A stretch of 64,000 nt of DNA from Lama glama (taxonomy: Eukaryota), in contig CM052820.1 in assembly GCA_028534125.1 (NCBI GenBank), forward strand, positions 53,940,001 to 54,004,000. The letters are read 5' to 3'. This document shows, piece after piece, positions 1 to 13,965 of the stretch. The notes under the pieces are model-generated. The model was given only the letters and a program-made list of their open reading frames with translations, had not been told where the DNA came from and ran no database searches. The position numbers and the translations under genes were made by a program. Positions within the stretch are counted from its first letter, which is position 1. Each line of letters opens with the position of its first letter.

Positions 1-3000
1 TAAATAATATGATGTGGTTAATTATTTTTCAGTTAAGTATTTGTGCAAATTTTGTTTGGTTGATTGAAATATGATACCAGTAAAGCTAATGCAATGGATT
101 GGCCCCACACTTAGCATTTATTTCTCTGTGTGAAGACATCTTATACTTTCAGGCAGTCCTCCTTGACCCTACCCAGTTATCCACATAAGTGCAGAATTCA
201 ACTTCAGCATTTTGAGATTTAATATTTATTGAGTGGTTCTTGTGTTCAGTACATCTCTCAGCATTTTATGTTATCAAGTACCTATGTAAATAAATGGCTT
301 TATATGCATTATAATGCACACAGTGACATAATGAGGAAAGACACTATTGTCATCTCCACTTCTTAGATGAGCGAACGTGCTCTTAGAGAAGTCAAGACCC
401 TAGTCCATTACATACAATCGGAAAATGATAGAACTAGACTACAAACTCCGGTTTGTCTGACTCATGGTTCCTAATACAGTGCTGTTCTTCAAGCCAAAGT
501 CTCTCTCTTGGCTGACTTTGCAGTATATAGAATAATTCTTGGGGAAAAAAAGCAAGATATTATTTTTTTTCCTTTCCCAGAAAATGTATCTAGTAAGTAT
601 TTTGCATCAACTGAGATTTCTTTTCTGAAACACAAGCATTTCCAGTCGTATAAAATGTTGACATGTGTAACGTCTCCTAAAAGCTTGGGGTTTCCATATA
701 TAAAGACTTCTTGTTTTCTCTTCAAAATAAAACATCAGTCATAATTCTAAATGGGTGATCCCAAATATGTGATTTTCTCCTGTAAAACTAGCAAAGCCTA
801 TGATAAAAAATTTTATGTGCTCTTTTTTTTTTCACCACACTGAGAAAAACTGGTCTTAAAATTATTTCATATCAATATGACTTTTCACCTGCACTGTTAT
901 GTAGTTTATTTCACAACCCCTAGAAATACGTTATATAGAAGATGTTACAGTTAATCTTGATGTTGAAAGAGTGCTAGTTTTAAAGCCAGAAGTACTCTGC
1001 ACACTGAAAGTATTTTTTCAGTATGAAGGTAGGAATAAATGGGGACATGTTTGCCCGAGTTCTCCAGGGAAACTTTGGTGATAGATGTGAGACCTGAACT
1101 GAGCTGGTCAAATAAATTACGATTTGGACATGAGGAAGGCATAATCTGTGGTCTCCAAGTGGAATGTGCACATCTGAGAAGGATGCTGTAAGACTTTTTT
1201 TTTTAATCTTTAAGTTTTCAACTTTATATATACATATTTTTTAATGTGTAGAATATTTTAAAATTTAGCAATAGTATAAATTCATGTATTGGGTGATGCT
1301 CAGTTTTTTTATTCTTATTCTTATTTTGCTAGTAAAAGTGAGTCTGGTTCATTTTCTGTTGCAGTACTATAAATTATCACCATCTTAAGGAAAGGCATGG
1401 AAACCAGCTGCAGGAATTGACTGTTGGCATGTTGGGTCATAATTGGCCTAGTGTATCAGAAAGCGACCAGACAAGACATCTCCGTATGCCATTGACTGAA
1501 TAGATTGGTCCTACCACTGACTTAAATCCTTTGTGTTTCCTGCACAAACCTGAAATAACCCAGTAATTTCCGAATTCTTTTTGAAGTATATGTAATGTAT
1601 TATTAGTATTATGTAGTCCATACATGTGTGTTCATTTATGTTTATTTGCTTTTCTTTTTTTATTTGTAAGACATCATAATTCCCCAAATGTCAAGGACAA
1701 GAGTTTTGGAAAGCATACACAGTCATCTCTTGATTAATTATTATTTTGATAGCTATTTACCATACACACAGAAATAAGTCTGAGACCTTTTCTGTGTATT
1801 GACCTCATTATTCTACAAGTGTGCTGTAAGACAAAAGAGAGACCAGAATCTCCTGCTGTTCTTAAAGTTAAAACCAAAACTTGCCTTATATTTCCTGAAT
1901 GAAATGATAGGTTAATGTTATTGATAAAATGATGATGGGTTGGCTTCCTTGAAACGTAAGCTGTTGGTAAAAAATAAAAAGAGCAATTAGGAAAATAATA
2001 AAGAAATGAAACAGCAATTCCTCTCCTATTTTTCGTTTCCTCTGTATTGTGTCAGAAGCAAAAGTAATATAATAGCCACTAATTATAGGAAACCTCTCAG
2101 ACTTTGTAATTGGCTCTCTCATTTTTCACACAGCAACTGTAAACAAAGAATTGATTCCAATAGACCTGGTTCATTCCCATGAACTCTTATCAATGTCTCT
2201 TTCTGAGAGCCTTAAAAAAAAGAGACCTAGGTACATACTTAGACATATTGGCTAAACTGGTGCCTTTTTTTTAAAAGAGCAAATATCTTTAGGTTTATTG
2301 TTGCCAATTCTTTCATCATCTGCTTTCAAAATGACCTGTTTTATGCAGAATGAAGTGATGGAAGGTATCGAACTCCAAGTTCAAAACTTGGCTTCTAGTC
2401 GTAGCTCCAATATTTCCTTAAAAATGACTTGGCAAATGCTAACCTATAAGCCTCAAAGTCACTATTTTAAAAAAAAAAAAGAAAAATATATTTGCATTTT
2501 GTATTTCAGAGCATTGCTGTATGTGAAAGTGCTGCAAATATTATAAAACCATTTAACCCATCATGTCTTTATATATGTATATGTCTGTCTTATTCTTGAA
2601 ATGGAAATATATTTTGAATTTTTTCTCATAAAAACATGCGATCAACTAAGAAGTGTTTCCAAAAGAAATCAATTCTTTAGAAAATACATTGGCGTATTAA
2701 TATCTGTAAAAAAATATAAAGAAATAAAGATTTAAAAATAAAATATAAAGCAAATACACAATACAATATTCTTGGCATACATTTGTACATCAAAAAATAA
2801 ACTTCATGATGTGATGAGAGGATTGAATCTAAGACATTATAAACCTGATAAAATAAAAATTAGAAAACCAAGAGTCGGTAGTTCTGGTTGAAAGAGAGAA
2901 AAATAAAACTAAGTGAGACATTGTGGTGGAATTGATGTGGAAACAATGTTTGGTAAAATGCACAAGTGTTTTTGCCTTTAAATTTGTATCAGTGTTAAAA

Positions 3001-5949
3001 TTGCATAGCTTGGAAGAAATCCCATGTCAAATGCAGTCAATATAAATTATAACATTTCTTTAAGTACATTCTTTTCAATTTGTATTATTTGGGAATTTTG
3101 TTTTCACTCATTTTCATTAAGGAGACAGGGTTCCCACTTAGTTCCTTGCTTTCTTGCTTTCTTTCTTTCCCCTTCCTCCTTTCTTTTAACTGTAATGCTA
3201 TAGAATAAAAGTAATTAGTTTGTCCACAACCTTATCTCATGCCCTCTTCCCAGCGGATTAGCCAGGTTAGTTCCTCACCACTGGAATGGGATGTCCAGTT
3301 CCCGAGTGTCTGAGAGAATAAATCACTTGCTCTTTATACAGCAGTGGTGAATCTAACATTTGGACCTGTGCTTTTGTGAAAACGGAGCTTAGGATTTTCC
3401 AGCTGTGAAATGCTGCCTCTCTAGACAGTGGACTTTAGTTTCAAAGAGAAATATCATAAGGAACCTTGTGTGTTCTTATATTCTACACTAAGATCCTCAT
3501 TTATTTTGATTTTTATCATATTATTATATAGAGATTATTTAAATAAAAGAGCTGGTTCATCTTGTGAAGGTGATTTTTTGTATACTACCTTCAACTTTCT
3601 TTACAGTGATGAATTTGCAGTTAATTAACAAATACTGAGCAGACACTTAGGTGTAAGGGATTCAGTTTTGTTGTTAATATATTTCTTTTTAGTTTAAATG
3701 TAGGTATTTGGTATCAAATATTGGGATGAAAGTTAACAGACTTAGAAGTTTCTCTTCTATCTTCATAAATTCATTACACTTAAGGGTAGGGGCCTATAAA
3801 AATACAAGGGTCTATAGATTTGTTGTACTTTAGTAAAATACAAGAAAATGCATTTTCTTCTCAAGGTACTTCTGTAATATTCCCTTGACCTCACTTATTT
3901 TTGCGTATTTATTAGTCTTTAAATACAGTAAGTCTAAATTACAGATTTAGAAATTCTCAAATTATGTGGCTGTCGATGAAAGATTACTGCCTACAAAATG
4001 AGTCTTTTCTGTGATACCTTAGATAACAGAGAGTTTGCAGTTAGTTGTCCATGCCTACGCACACCCTGCCTGTCATTTCAAATTTGATTCTCAGAGAGCA
4101 GTGTGACAGAAATGTGACATAAACACACCAACAAAGTGTAGCTTCTAGGTGTCACTGATGGTAGGCATTCCTCAATTAAGTTTCTGGGGATTGTTTTATT
4201 TAATTACAAAAGCAGTTTACTAGATAAAGTACTCGCTGATTGAATTTCTAAACTCAGACCTGCTGAATAAAGCCAAATGAGTCATCAATTAAAAACTTCA
4301 GTGATTCAGATGCCAAGACCTTTGTGACAGTCACACATTCTAAACCGTATACATCTGCATTTTGAACTTTTAAAAACACACTCATCCCTCACCTAATGTT
4401 ATCTTTTTTCCTATGTGAGACTGGAGATCAGCAGACCTTCGTCCTAGTCCTGACTCTGCTATACGTAGCTGTGTCATTTTGGACAAAGTAACCCTCTACG
4501 TGACACTTCACTTTCCATATTTGTGAATAAAGTGGTCTGACTTAGATTTCCTCTAAGCTCCAATCACCCTAGAGTAGTATTTTGAAATGGGATTAGTGAG
4601 TTATAGCTTATAGTACAACACAACGAACGGAATGAGGGTAGACTAGAAGAGAGAACACCCGTGAGAATTACTTGTAGTAAGAATAAATATTGTTTGTGAA
4701 ACTTCGTTTCAGATATAAGTGAACATGTATACTGAGCCACAGCGTAAAATATAGCTTGCACCCTGGATCATGGTCAAAACTTGAGAAGAACTTCTCTAGA
4801 ATCTTAGCCATCTTTCCTACTCTGTTTATAATAGTTGGTTTGCAAATGAAAGCTTAACTAACATCTATTCCTATTACAGAATTTGAATGGTCACAGCCTT
4901 AAAAATGCCATGCCCCCAAACAATAAATCCCCAAATAAAGCCAACACAAACCAGGATAATTCATGTCTGGAATTTGTATGATATAGGGTTTTTTGATTAG
5001 CAGTCTTAAACATAGTCATGGAAAAAGCAGAATGTATTTAAGGCGCTAAATAGTATTTTGCCCTTTAGGGTTAGGTACATTTTTAAGTATTTGCTGCATC
5101 CTAAAAGTCCAATTAGTGATTAAATTTTAATGTTGGTTTTGCAGCACCCTGCTCCTTTTAGAACAAGGAGTCTGATAATTGCCATCTGAGATTTGCATAT
5201 TAAATCAAGGTGATTAATTATTATTGAGCTCAGTAGATAGTAATTAATGTAGTCTTCTTCAAGTATTTAAGTTGTCTTTTTATTTCTAGACTATAAAATA
5301 GATTTTAGTACTATTGGTTTTGGAAAACTTCAATTAGGAATAATTGTTTTAATATAGCCGTTTATGTACAGACCATTTGGACCAAGGTCTGTATGCACTG
5401 TAGTTGTTGGAGTCTTATTAAAAATATTACCTCTGGATTTATGGGTATTTTCCATGGGGTTCTCTTTCAGGTAAAACCGATACTTTTCTGTGCCTTAAAC
5501 TTCCTCTGGAATGGCACCTAGGATGTAGTTGCCCTATGCTTTATTCTTCTCTTTGGAAAAATAATATTAATTATGGTATTAAGGTTGTTCACTTATGGGG
5601 TTGTTCTTATAGCCCTCTGCAGTTCACAATGACTGTGCTTCTTGAGAAAACCAACCTGTGTGGTAACATATCAAACACTGAATAAGATAAGTCTTTAAAA
5701 TTAGGAATAATGATGAAAAATGAAAGTTTGGTAAATGTAAAAGAACAGAAGCATGTAAAATGTGTCTCAGTGTTGTATATGTTGTTATTAAGACCCATTT
5801 TATTGAGACTTCATCCATTTAATATGAGTCTAATTAATCTCGCTTAGTTTGATAGTTATTCAGTATTGCTTTAGTGTCATTTGGAATTAGATTCAACTCC
5901 TAATAATAGTGACCTGGACACAGTAGCTTAAACTCCCAAGTTTTATGCT

Positions 5950-6300
5950 TTCGCTTAATAGAAGGCCAAGGTAGACACTCGAGACTGGTACAGGAGCTGC
6001 ACAAAATCACTGGGTGCCCAGACCTTCTGTGTTCCTGCTCTGTTACTTCTGACCTCCAGCCAGAAGGTCATATTGTCATCCAAGATGGTGGGAGAAGTGC
6101 TAATATCTGAAATCAAGGCAACAGAAAGGAGGGAGGTCTCAGCCTCTCCCTTTTCTGGCACCTGCAAGGACGTTCCATCAGCACTTCCTACATTTAGTTA
6201 GTCAGAACTAGTCACACACTGACCTGTGAGGAAAACGGAGTGGTACAGTTTTTCAGTTGTACAGATGATCCAGGATTCTTGTGTAAAGGAAAAAAGTGAG
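5950..6300. mobile_element. Old MaLR (MLT1-like) LTR fragment
   Basis: MLT1-type motifs (caagatgg; ttagtcagaactagtcacac); boundaries approximate. Confidence 0.45.
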
Positions 6301-7699
6301 AATGAGTATTAGAGCACATACCTTTCCTCTTTTGTTCCAAATAATGGGCCCTCTTTCGGTTTTTTATTTTTTCAAAAAGCTATCTCATTACCAACTAATA
6401 CTGAAGGATTTATTAAATAATCATTTAGAGACACTGTGCTTTTTATTCAAAATAAGTTAAACATATTCTGGTAGTATTACAAATTCAGAAGAGCTATTTA
6501 AAAGAACTTTTCAGACCAGAGAAGAGCTTAAAGATAATCATCTAAATTCTGCATCTTCCAAGTCAGGTAACTGGCACTAGGGAAGCTGAGTGAACCACTC
6601 AGGATCTCAGAGGTGACAAGAGTAAGAGCCAGGACGTGAATATAGGTTTCTCAAGGTCTGTGCTAGTACTCTTCCTACTATATTATGATGGTCTTTATTG
6701 ACTAAATGATGCTGTGTTTTGCACTTTGCCTTTTTTAAGAAGACATTAGAATATAAATATTTTAGCATCTATATAAATCAGATCAAAAGGGCACTTTACA
6801 TAGGGACACTTTTTCTATTTTTAAGCTTTATTCATAGGAAGGAAAAGTCTTGTCAGAAACATGCCATTGGGTTGCATTACAGAAGTTTATTTATAAGATA
6901 TTTATTACGAATTCAGAATACATTTTCCTGTAAGGAGTATGTAGTATTTCCACACCTGGCTCAGAGAAGCCCATTAACACTTCATGTATTGTGTATACAC
7001 ATAATACTATGAAACTTAAACATTCATTTTGTTTGTTTAATACGTATTTAATGTACATCAACATCGTGTTCCAGGTGGCACTGTGCTTTATACTGAGAAC
7101 AAAACAGACGTCACTACCCACCCAGAGTTACCACGTGGCCAAGAGGATAGACATAAAGCAAATAAGTCAAAGTGTGATAAGTGCTTTCACTGAAAAGAAC
7201 AAGGTCCTAAGGAAACACTTCAGCTGGAGGTGACAGGAATAAATCCAGTGTTGGGAGGGCAGACACGAGGAAACAAAAAGTCCAAAAGGTAAACATCCCT
7301 ATTCTCCAATCCCCACTTGACTCTGAGAATTGATACTGATTTCTATAAAGAGAGGAACTAGAGGCATAAAAGGATTTTTTTTTCCCCAGAAAAATACATT
7401 GAGTGAATCCCTCTCAGCTATCCCCTGGCATCCAGCTTAGAAACTTCATTGTCTTTCATTTTTTCTCTTCGTCCTGTACGTGTATTTGTGCATCACAAAG
7501 TGCTCTGTAGCCTAAGAAGCTTCTAGCCCCGGTGGGCAAAAGGTGGACTTGACCATTTCCCATTCTCCATGACACTTCGATCTTCAGCTAGCTTACTAGC
7601 TCTGTTTCCTTGGAAACAGGTAAATGTGTGAATGATATTACTAAGTCACATGGCTTATGTTAATAGAGACTCCCGAGATGCAGAGGATCACCAGTTGGC

Positions 7700-8350
7700 A
7701 GACACCAGAGCAATAAATATTGCAGAAAAGGTCCACTGGTAGATGCTAAAATTAGTGGGCAGATGTTTGAAGAGAAACTGAATTTCCATAGTCTAAACTA
7801 TCTTCCCCAAGATAATTAACAATAAAGGCGAAGCAGTAACTTGATAATGGAGAAACTCAGCTGAATTAGTGATTAAGGTAAACATCTCTAATAATAAGAC
7901 ATATGGACATTGTAAACCACTTGATATAATGCACTAGGAAGGACATATCTTTTTTTTTTGCAGTAATCTTGTTTAAAAATGCATAACATACTCTAAGCAT
8001 CAAAAATCATGGTACAAACCCAAATTGGGGGGCATTCTATAAAATAACAGGTTAATATTCTTCAAAAGTGTCAAGATCATGAACAAAAAGACAAGACTGA
8101 GAAACTGTTACAGACAGAAATAGACTAAGGAGATAGAATAACTAAGTGCAATGAAAAAATGGATGGAATTCAAGTAAGGTATGCTGTTTAGGGAATAATG
8201 TTGTACTGATGTTGATTTTCTGTCCTTGATAATTATAACTATGGTTATTTAAGTGTTAACATTATCAGAAGTGGGGTGAGGCATAAAGGGGATTTTTCTG
8301 TACTACTTTTGCTCCCTTTTTGTAAGTCTCAAATTAGTTCAAAAAAATTT
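7700..8350 (+). mobile_element. L1MC-like 3' fragment
   Basis: ttcttcaaaagtgtcaagatcatgaac...ctgtactacttttgc...tgtaagtctcaaatt resembles old L1 3' UTR. Confidence 0.6.
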
Positions 8351-8919
8351 TATGAAGTAATAAGTGAAAGTTGCACAGGGAGGAAGAGAAAACATACGGT
8401 ATAAGTTTCATGCTGTTGTACGCACGTACGTTAGACAGGTTGTAATAGAAACCTCTAATATGAGTTAAATATAAGGAATACTGAAACAAAAGGGGAAAAA
8501 TGATCCCTGATTGGAGAGCCCATCTGAATATCTGAACTGGGAGAACTATAAATGCCTGATGGGGTTGACCAGCTTGAGCCACTTTTAACATGATGACTCA
8601 TGTTAAAACTGTTGCTGGCCCATGTGAAACATGTGGCTTTTAAGGGACGCAACTCCTACACTTGCTCAGTAGAAGCTCATCTCCCAGCACTTGTACTGAT
8701 GTGCAGTGCTGCACTGATTGCTGTAAAAATTTCCCAGGAGACTCCTATAGAAGGGAAATGCCTGTCACTACTACTCTGCTAGCAAGTTCTGATTTGTGTC
8801 ATCTGTTCTTGGGTTTAGGGCTACCAGGTACTCCGTACGCCTCTCGTCATTTCCTTAACTTGCTCTGTGTGTTTAATGCATTAGTGTCTTGGATCATTGT
8901 GTTCCCTCTGCCCAATTAA

Positions 8920-9150
8920 TAATGATAGCAACAATCATCATAGGTGTTTTTTAAGGTCTTACTGTTTCAGATACGGTTCTGAAGAGTTTGTATTTGTTAA
9001 CTCGTTTCATTCTCCATCATCCTTTTCATACTCATTTTACAGATGAGTAAACTGAGATGACCAATTAAGTAATTTGACCACAGTGACATAGCTTCTTAGT
9101 CTTGAAGTCAGAATTAAAAAGAAGTTACCCTGGCTCATACAGTCCAGGTT
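8920..9150 (-). mobile_element. MIR SINE
   Basis: Core ctcattttacagatgagtaaactgag. Confidence 0.7.
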
Positions 9151-10244
9151 TTAGAAATCTGCGTTCAGGCGTGTACTTCTGTAGAATTCTGACTTGTCTT
9201 TCCTGTACCAGCTCAAACCCACTTCTACTTCCCTGTGTTTCCAAAATACTTTTAAAATACTTCCATTTGAGCAATTATATCATCCCTCATATTATGGTAA
9301 TTTGTACAGAAGTCTTTCTTACAGACTATTAACTTTTTAAGGGTAGAAATTTTCCTGCCCATGCCAAATAGTTCTTTATGCTGATGACTCCAAAGTTCCT
9401 ATTTCCAACCTAGGCTAATGTTTTGAGTTCCAGAACAATGTAGCTAACTATTTATTGCCCCTGTAGATTTTTTTGTCTCCAGGCATCTGAAATACATTGT
9501 ATCCAAAACTTAACTCATCATTTTTCTCCCTTGGTTAAGCCTCATCTGCCTAGTTTTCCTACCATACAATATTATGAGAGCATTGATTTGGTTGACTAAG
9601 TCAGATACCTGAAAGTAATCCTTGATTCTCATCTCATTCCTAAGGTCCCACATTTAGATGTCAAGTCTAACTTTTATCTCTCAAATATGACCACACCTCT
9701 ACACCTTGATACGCTAGTTTCACTTTCATTTGCTAGCTGATCTCTCTGTCCTAAATTCACCCTCTGTGCTGTGGGAGACATGAGCTTTCCAAAATGCAGA
9801 TTTGATCATTTTCCTGCATAAATCAATTCAGTCACTGTGTCTACCTTCTTCTCCAACTGCCTTGACATGGTTCCTAAAAAATAATGAAAATAATCAGTGA
9901 ATATTTCCCAAGTGAATTAGTGTCCACGTCTTGGGTCTGTAGCTCGGCACAGATATTCTTTGTAGAGAGCACTGTAATAGGAGCACCAAAGCTCAGACCC
10001 ATGCTAGTGACAATGCAAAGATTGTAGCTGAAACGGTGACCAGCTTCTGTGGATTTATTCACTGCCTATGATACCCTTTAGAAGACAGAGAACTGAAAAC
10101 TGAATTATCCCCTCAGGGTGTTTACAGTGTAAACAGCAAGTAGATAATATAAAAATCAACTAGAGCCATATTAGCAAGTAAGTTCCTAGGAACCCTGGCC
10201 CGTACTAAATCAGAGAGGCTTGCAGATGAAATTGTGGTCTAAGC

Positions 10245-11785
10245 CCAGGTTTCTCAACTCAGCAAGACTGACATTTTGGGCCGTGTAATTCTTTATTATG
10301 AAAGGCATTCCTGTAGGGTGATTGATTGGCAGCCTCCCTAGACTCTTCCTTTCTATCAGAAAACAAGCTCTCCTCCCTTTTATTGAATTAGGAGTTAATC
10401 ATGATGAAAACCATACTTCTTCTGGTGGAGATAATGCAAGTATAATTTGGCGGATGTTTGCCTAAAGGTGCATTGTTTATTCAAAGTTGAAGCAAAACAT
10501 GAGTCTCCGGATGGTGTTGGCTCTTCTGCCATATTGTATTTGATGAACATCTTGTGTCCTTTATGTCGACAGTAAAGTAATTGTCATGAAATTGTTTCTT
10601 ATTTTAGAATTCTGTTCAAACTGAACGATGAAAGGGTTTTTGTAATTTTGTTTGCATTCATTATTCTTCAGTTCTCTTGCATTCTAAAAGTTAGTGGCTC
10701 TCTAACAAATGCAGTGGAGAGAATCCTCAGCTCTTTGAAGCACTGAAGTCATGCTTTAATTCTGAAAAGGCCTCACAGATTCTTGCTGAGTTTTTAAATA
10801 ACCCATCAAGTGAGTGAAGTCTGCTTATTTCCTGTTCATGTTTTTTAATATCTCTTTAGACATAGGATTATACTGTTTGAAAGAGTAGAGAGTATTATTG
10901 AAGTACTCTGTTGCTTAAAAGAACTTGTTGAATGCAGTAAAGAAAAAAAATGAAAATGTTATTTCTCAAATGCCAAGGCTGTTTTTAAAAGGGACAAGAT
11001 TACTTAGGAACAAGCAGGGGAGAAAATCCATCTTGAAGTGGATAGTTGTTACAACAGTTGTCATTTTATTTATAAATGGATTTTATCTCTTGAAGAATTT
11101 GACTCTTGTTTATGAATATTGCTAAATACTCTTCCAGAAGGGAATAACTGGAATCTTGCACAAAGAAGAGAAAATAAAATTCACGACAATGCTCTTACTT
11201 ATCAGTGAACAGCATTTTAAAAAGCCGTAGATCAAGAACTACAACTTAATCCTAAAAAATACAAAAGCAAGTTGTGTCATGAAAGATTGTATTATGTGCT
11301 TCAAAGAAATAGCAAGTAAGGCTCAGAGGTGCTAACGTTATGTCAGTGAGTGTTCAGTATCCCAGCATGTAAGGCTAACGTTGAGCATGTTTTCTCATTA
11401 GTGAATGTTCAGTGAACAAAAGAATTAAGTTGATTTGACCACTAAGGCAGATCTGTTACAATGTAAATGGAACATAGACTCTTAACTGCAAGGAATTTTA
11501 GAAGAAAATTCTGCAAAACAAGAAGCTGTTAATGAAAGCCAAATCTTCAAGGACATTTTCAGGAAAGATGTGTATAATTTAGATACTGATAATTTATTTC
11601 AGATAAACAGTGAATGCGTTTTTAGAATAAATATGCTCTGTGTATGTGTTTCATTTATCTCAAAAGGTACATAGGCAATTAGAAATAATTTAAATTTCAC
11701 TGAATGTTGTAATTTTTTATTTGCTAATAACTCTGGCAACCTGAGAGGTGGGTAGGGGAGAACTGCCCTGTTGAGAGAACCACTG
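10245..11785 (-). mobile_element. MER20 (hAT-Charlie) split into 10245-10346 and ~11748-11785
   Basis: caggtttctcaac..gacattttgggccg left part; gagaaccactg right end; 8-bp TSD gtctaagc/gtttaggc. Confidence 0.75.
10350..11742 (+). mobile_element. Decayed hAT transposase remnant (Blackjack-like) nested in MER20
   Basis: Frameshifted motifs GDNAS, WLS..AVERIL, FEALKSCF, FSIPACKANVEHVFSLVNVQ*TKE; terminus ctggcaacct. Confidence 0.7.
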
Positions 11786-12960
11786 GTTTAGGCCAAGATC
11801 AAATAATAGAGCATTCTTATGATTATTATTTTAATCATTTTATTATTAATCTTTATATTTCTCATAATCACAATATTCCTATATGTTCCAGACTTTCCTG
11901 AGGATGAAAAACTGTGATTTTATTTTGAAATGTATTAACAATGTAATTTTAAAAGAAAATTTGATTTTGAAATATTTTAATCACTTAGCAAAACTGCCCT
12001 GTCTAAAATTAGCTTGTTCTTGTCCTAACCTAGTTTCCACACAGTGAGTCAGAAGTAATTTTCCCTTATTAAACAAGAATATTGGTTGAAAGCAGGAGAA
12101 ATAAATGTTGGCTCTCTCAAGCCAAAGAGAGATTTATTGGAAGGTCCTGAGTCCTCGCGCAGTCACTGGAGGGCTTTGGGAAGCTGGAAGAGCTGGTTGG
12201 AGAAATGAGCAGAACAAAGGGAGGGCTGGAGGTGGTTTGGCAGACTCACCTGGCCAGGACTGCTGGACGGTTCTGCCACAGTTGGACTCTCCCATGGTTG
12301 CACAAAGGAATTCCAAGCAGACCTTCCTTCATCTTGGCTTCACTCATTCCAGGGTCAGAGTAAAGGGAAAGTTAATCTATTTGGATAAGTTTAGGAGATG
12401 TGGCCTCGCCATACTAATGAGCAGCAAGAAAGGCTAGTTCTCCTGGGATTTCCACAGTAAGAGGTAGGGCTCGACTTCCATCACCACTACTCTCAAGGGG
12501 AGATGCCTGTTCACCCCAGTTAAAAAGGAAGATTGGCTGTTAGGTAGGATTTCTCAAGAGACCAGGCATGTGTACACAGAAAGTCAATTGAAGTAAGTGA
12601 CCCTTCCTCACCTTTGTAATTTCCAAATGTGTTGAGGACTCTCCTAAGCCCAGGTGGCAACTGCACTCACTGCCTTGTTTCTCAGATTGATGTCGTGCAG
12701 TTACCAAAAGGCGACTAACTTCTGGAATCAGGTCATCTGGTTTGTGACCATGGTTTTCTAATCTGTATGCCCTTTAAGGGCTAGAACTAAACCTGAGCTT
12801 CTCCTGAATTAATCTTAGACCAAAAGCAATCCCATGTTTATACTGAACCTGGAGGGACTAATACAGTGATTGGTGTTGAGTATGTGAGCTTGTTTTTCAT
12901 TTTACTAAATTTCTTTTCTCATCTCAGGACAATTTTCACATGTCTCAGTTTTTTAGCATG

Positions 12961-13478
12961 TTTTTATAATAGTTTTATTGAGGTATAACTTACATACCAT
13001 AAAAATGACACCCTTTTAAAATGTGCATTTAGTGGTTTTTAGTATATTCACAGAGTTGTGCAACCATTAACATTATCTAATTTTAGAGCATTTTAATTAC
13101 CCCCCCCAAAGAAACTCCATTCTCATTAACCAGTAACCCCATAACCATTCGCAATCACTCCTCATTACTGCCCCCAGCCTCTGGCAACAATAATCTACTT
13201 TTTGTCTCTGGGGGTATACCTATTCTGGACATGTCAGACAAATGGAATCATATAAGATGTGATCTTTTGGGTCAGTCTTTCACAAGGTTTTCAGGCGTCA
13301 TCCATGTTGTAAGATGTATCTGTACTTTCTTTCTTTTAATTGTCAAGTAATACTCCATTGTATGGCTATAGCACATTTTGTTTATCCATTTATCAGTTGA
13401 TGGACATTTGGGTTGTTTTCACTTTTTGGCTGTTATGAATAATGAGGCTGTGAACATTGATGTGCAGGTTTTTATGGG
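12961..13478 (-). mobile_element. L1MB-like 3' fragment
   Basis: ttttattgaggtataact...tttatccatttatcagttgatggacatttgggttgtttt. Confidence 0.8.
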
Positions 13479-13480
13479 GA

Positions 13481-13965
13481 TTTTTTTTTTAAGTATAGTT
13501 GGTATGCAGTGTGTGAATTTCTGGTGTACAGCATAGTGATTCTGTTATACTATATATATAATAAATATATCCTTCTCTTACTCTTTTTCATTATAGGCTA
13601 GTACAAAGTATTGAATATAGTTCCCTATGGTATACAGTAGGACATTGCTGTTTATCTGTTTTATATATAGTAGTTAGTATCTGCAAATCCCAAACTCCCA
13701 GTTTATCCCTCCACCCCTCTCTTTCCCACCTGATAGTCATAAGTTTGTTTTCTATGTCTGTGAGTCTGTTTCTGTTTTGTAAGTAATTTCACTTGTGTCA
13801 TTTTTTTAGATTCCACATATAAGTGATACCATATGGTATTTGTTTTTCTCTTTCTGACTTACTTCACTTAGTATGGTAATCTCTAGGTCCACCTATGTTG
13901 CTGCAAATGGCATTACTTCATTCTTTTTCATGGCTGAGTAGTATTCTATTATGTACCACATCTTT
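13481..13965 (-). mobile_element. Younger (cetartiodactyl-type) L1 3' end
   Basis: Poly-T, then tctatgtctgtgagtctg...tagattccacatataagtgata...gttgctgcaaatggcatt. Confidence 0.85.

Noticed and set aside
5461-5476. TCTCTTTCAG|GTAAAA recursive-splice-like site (similar at 14189)
   Set aside because: Weak donor halves; expected by chance in 16 kb of AT-rich intron
12105-12437. 110-aa ORF
   Set aside because: Lies in probable old MaLR-derived sequence; no recognisable protein
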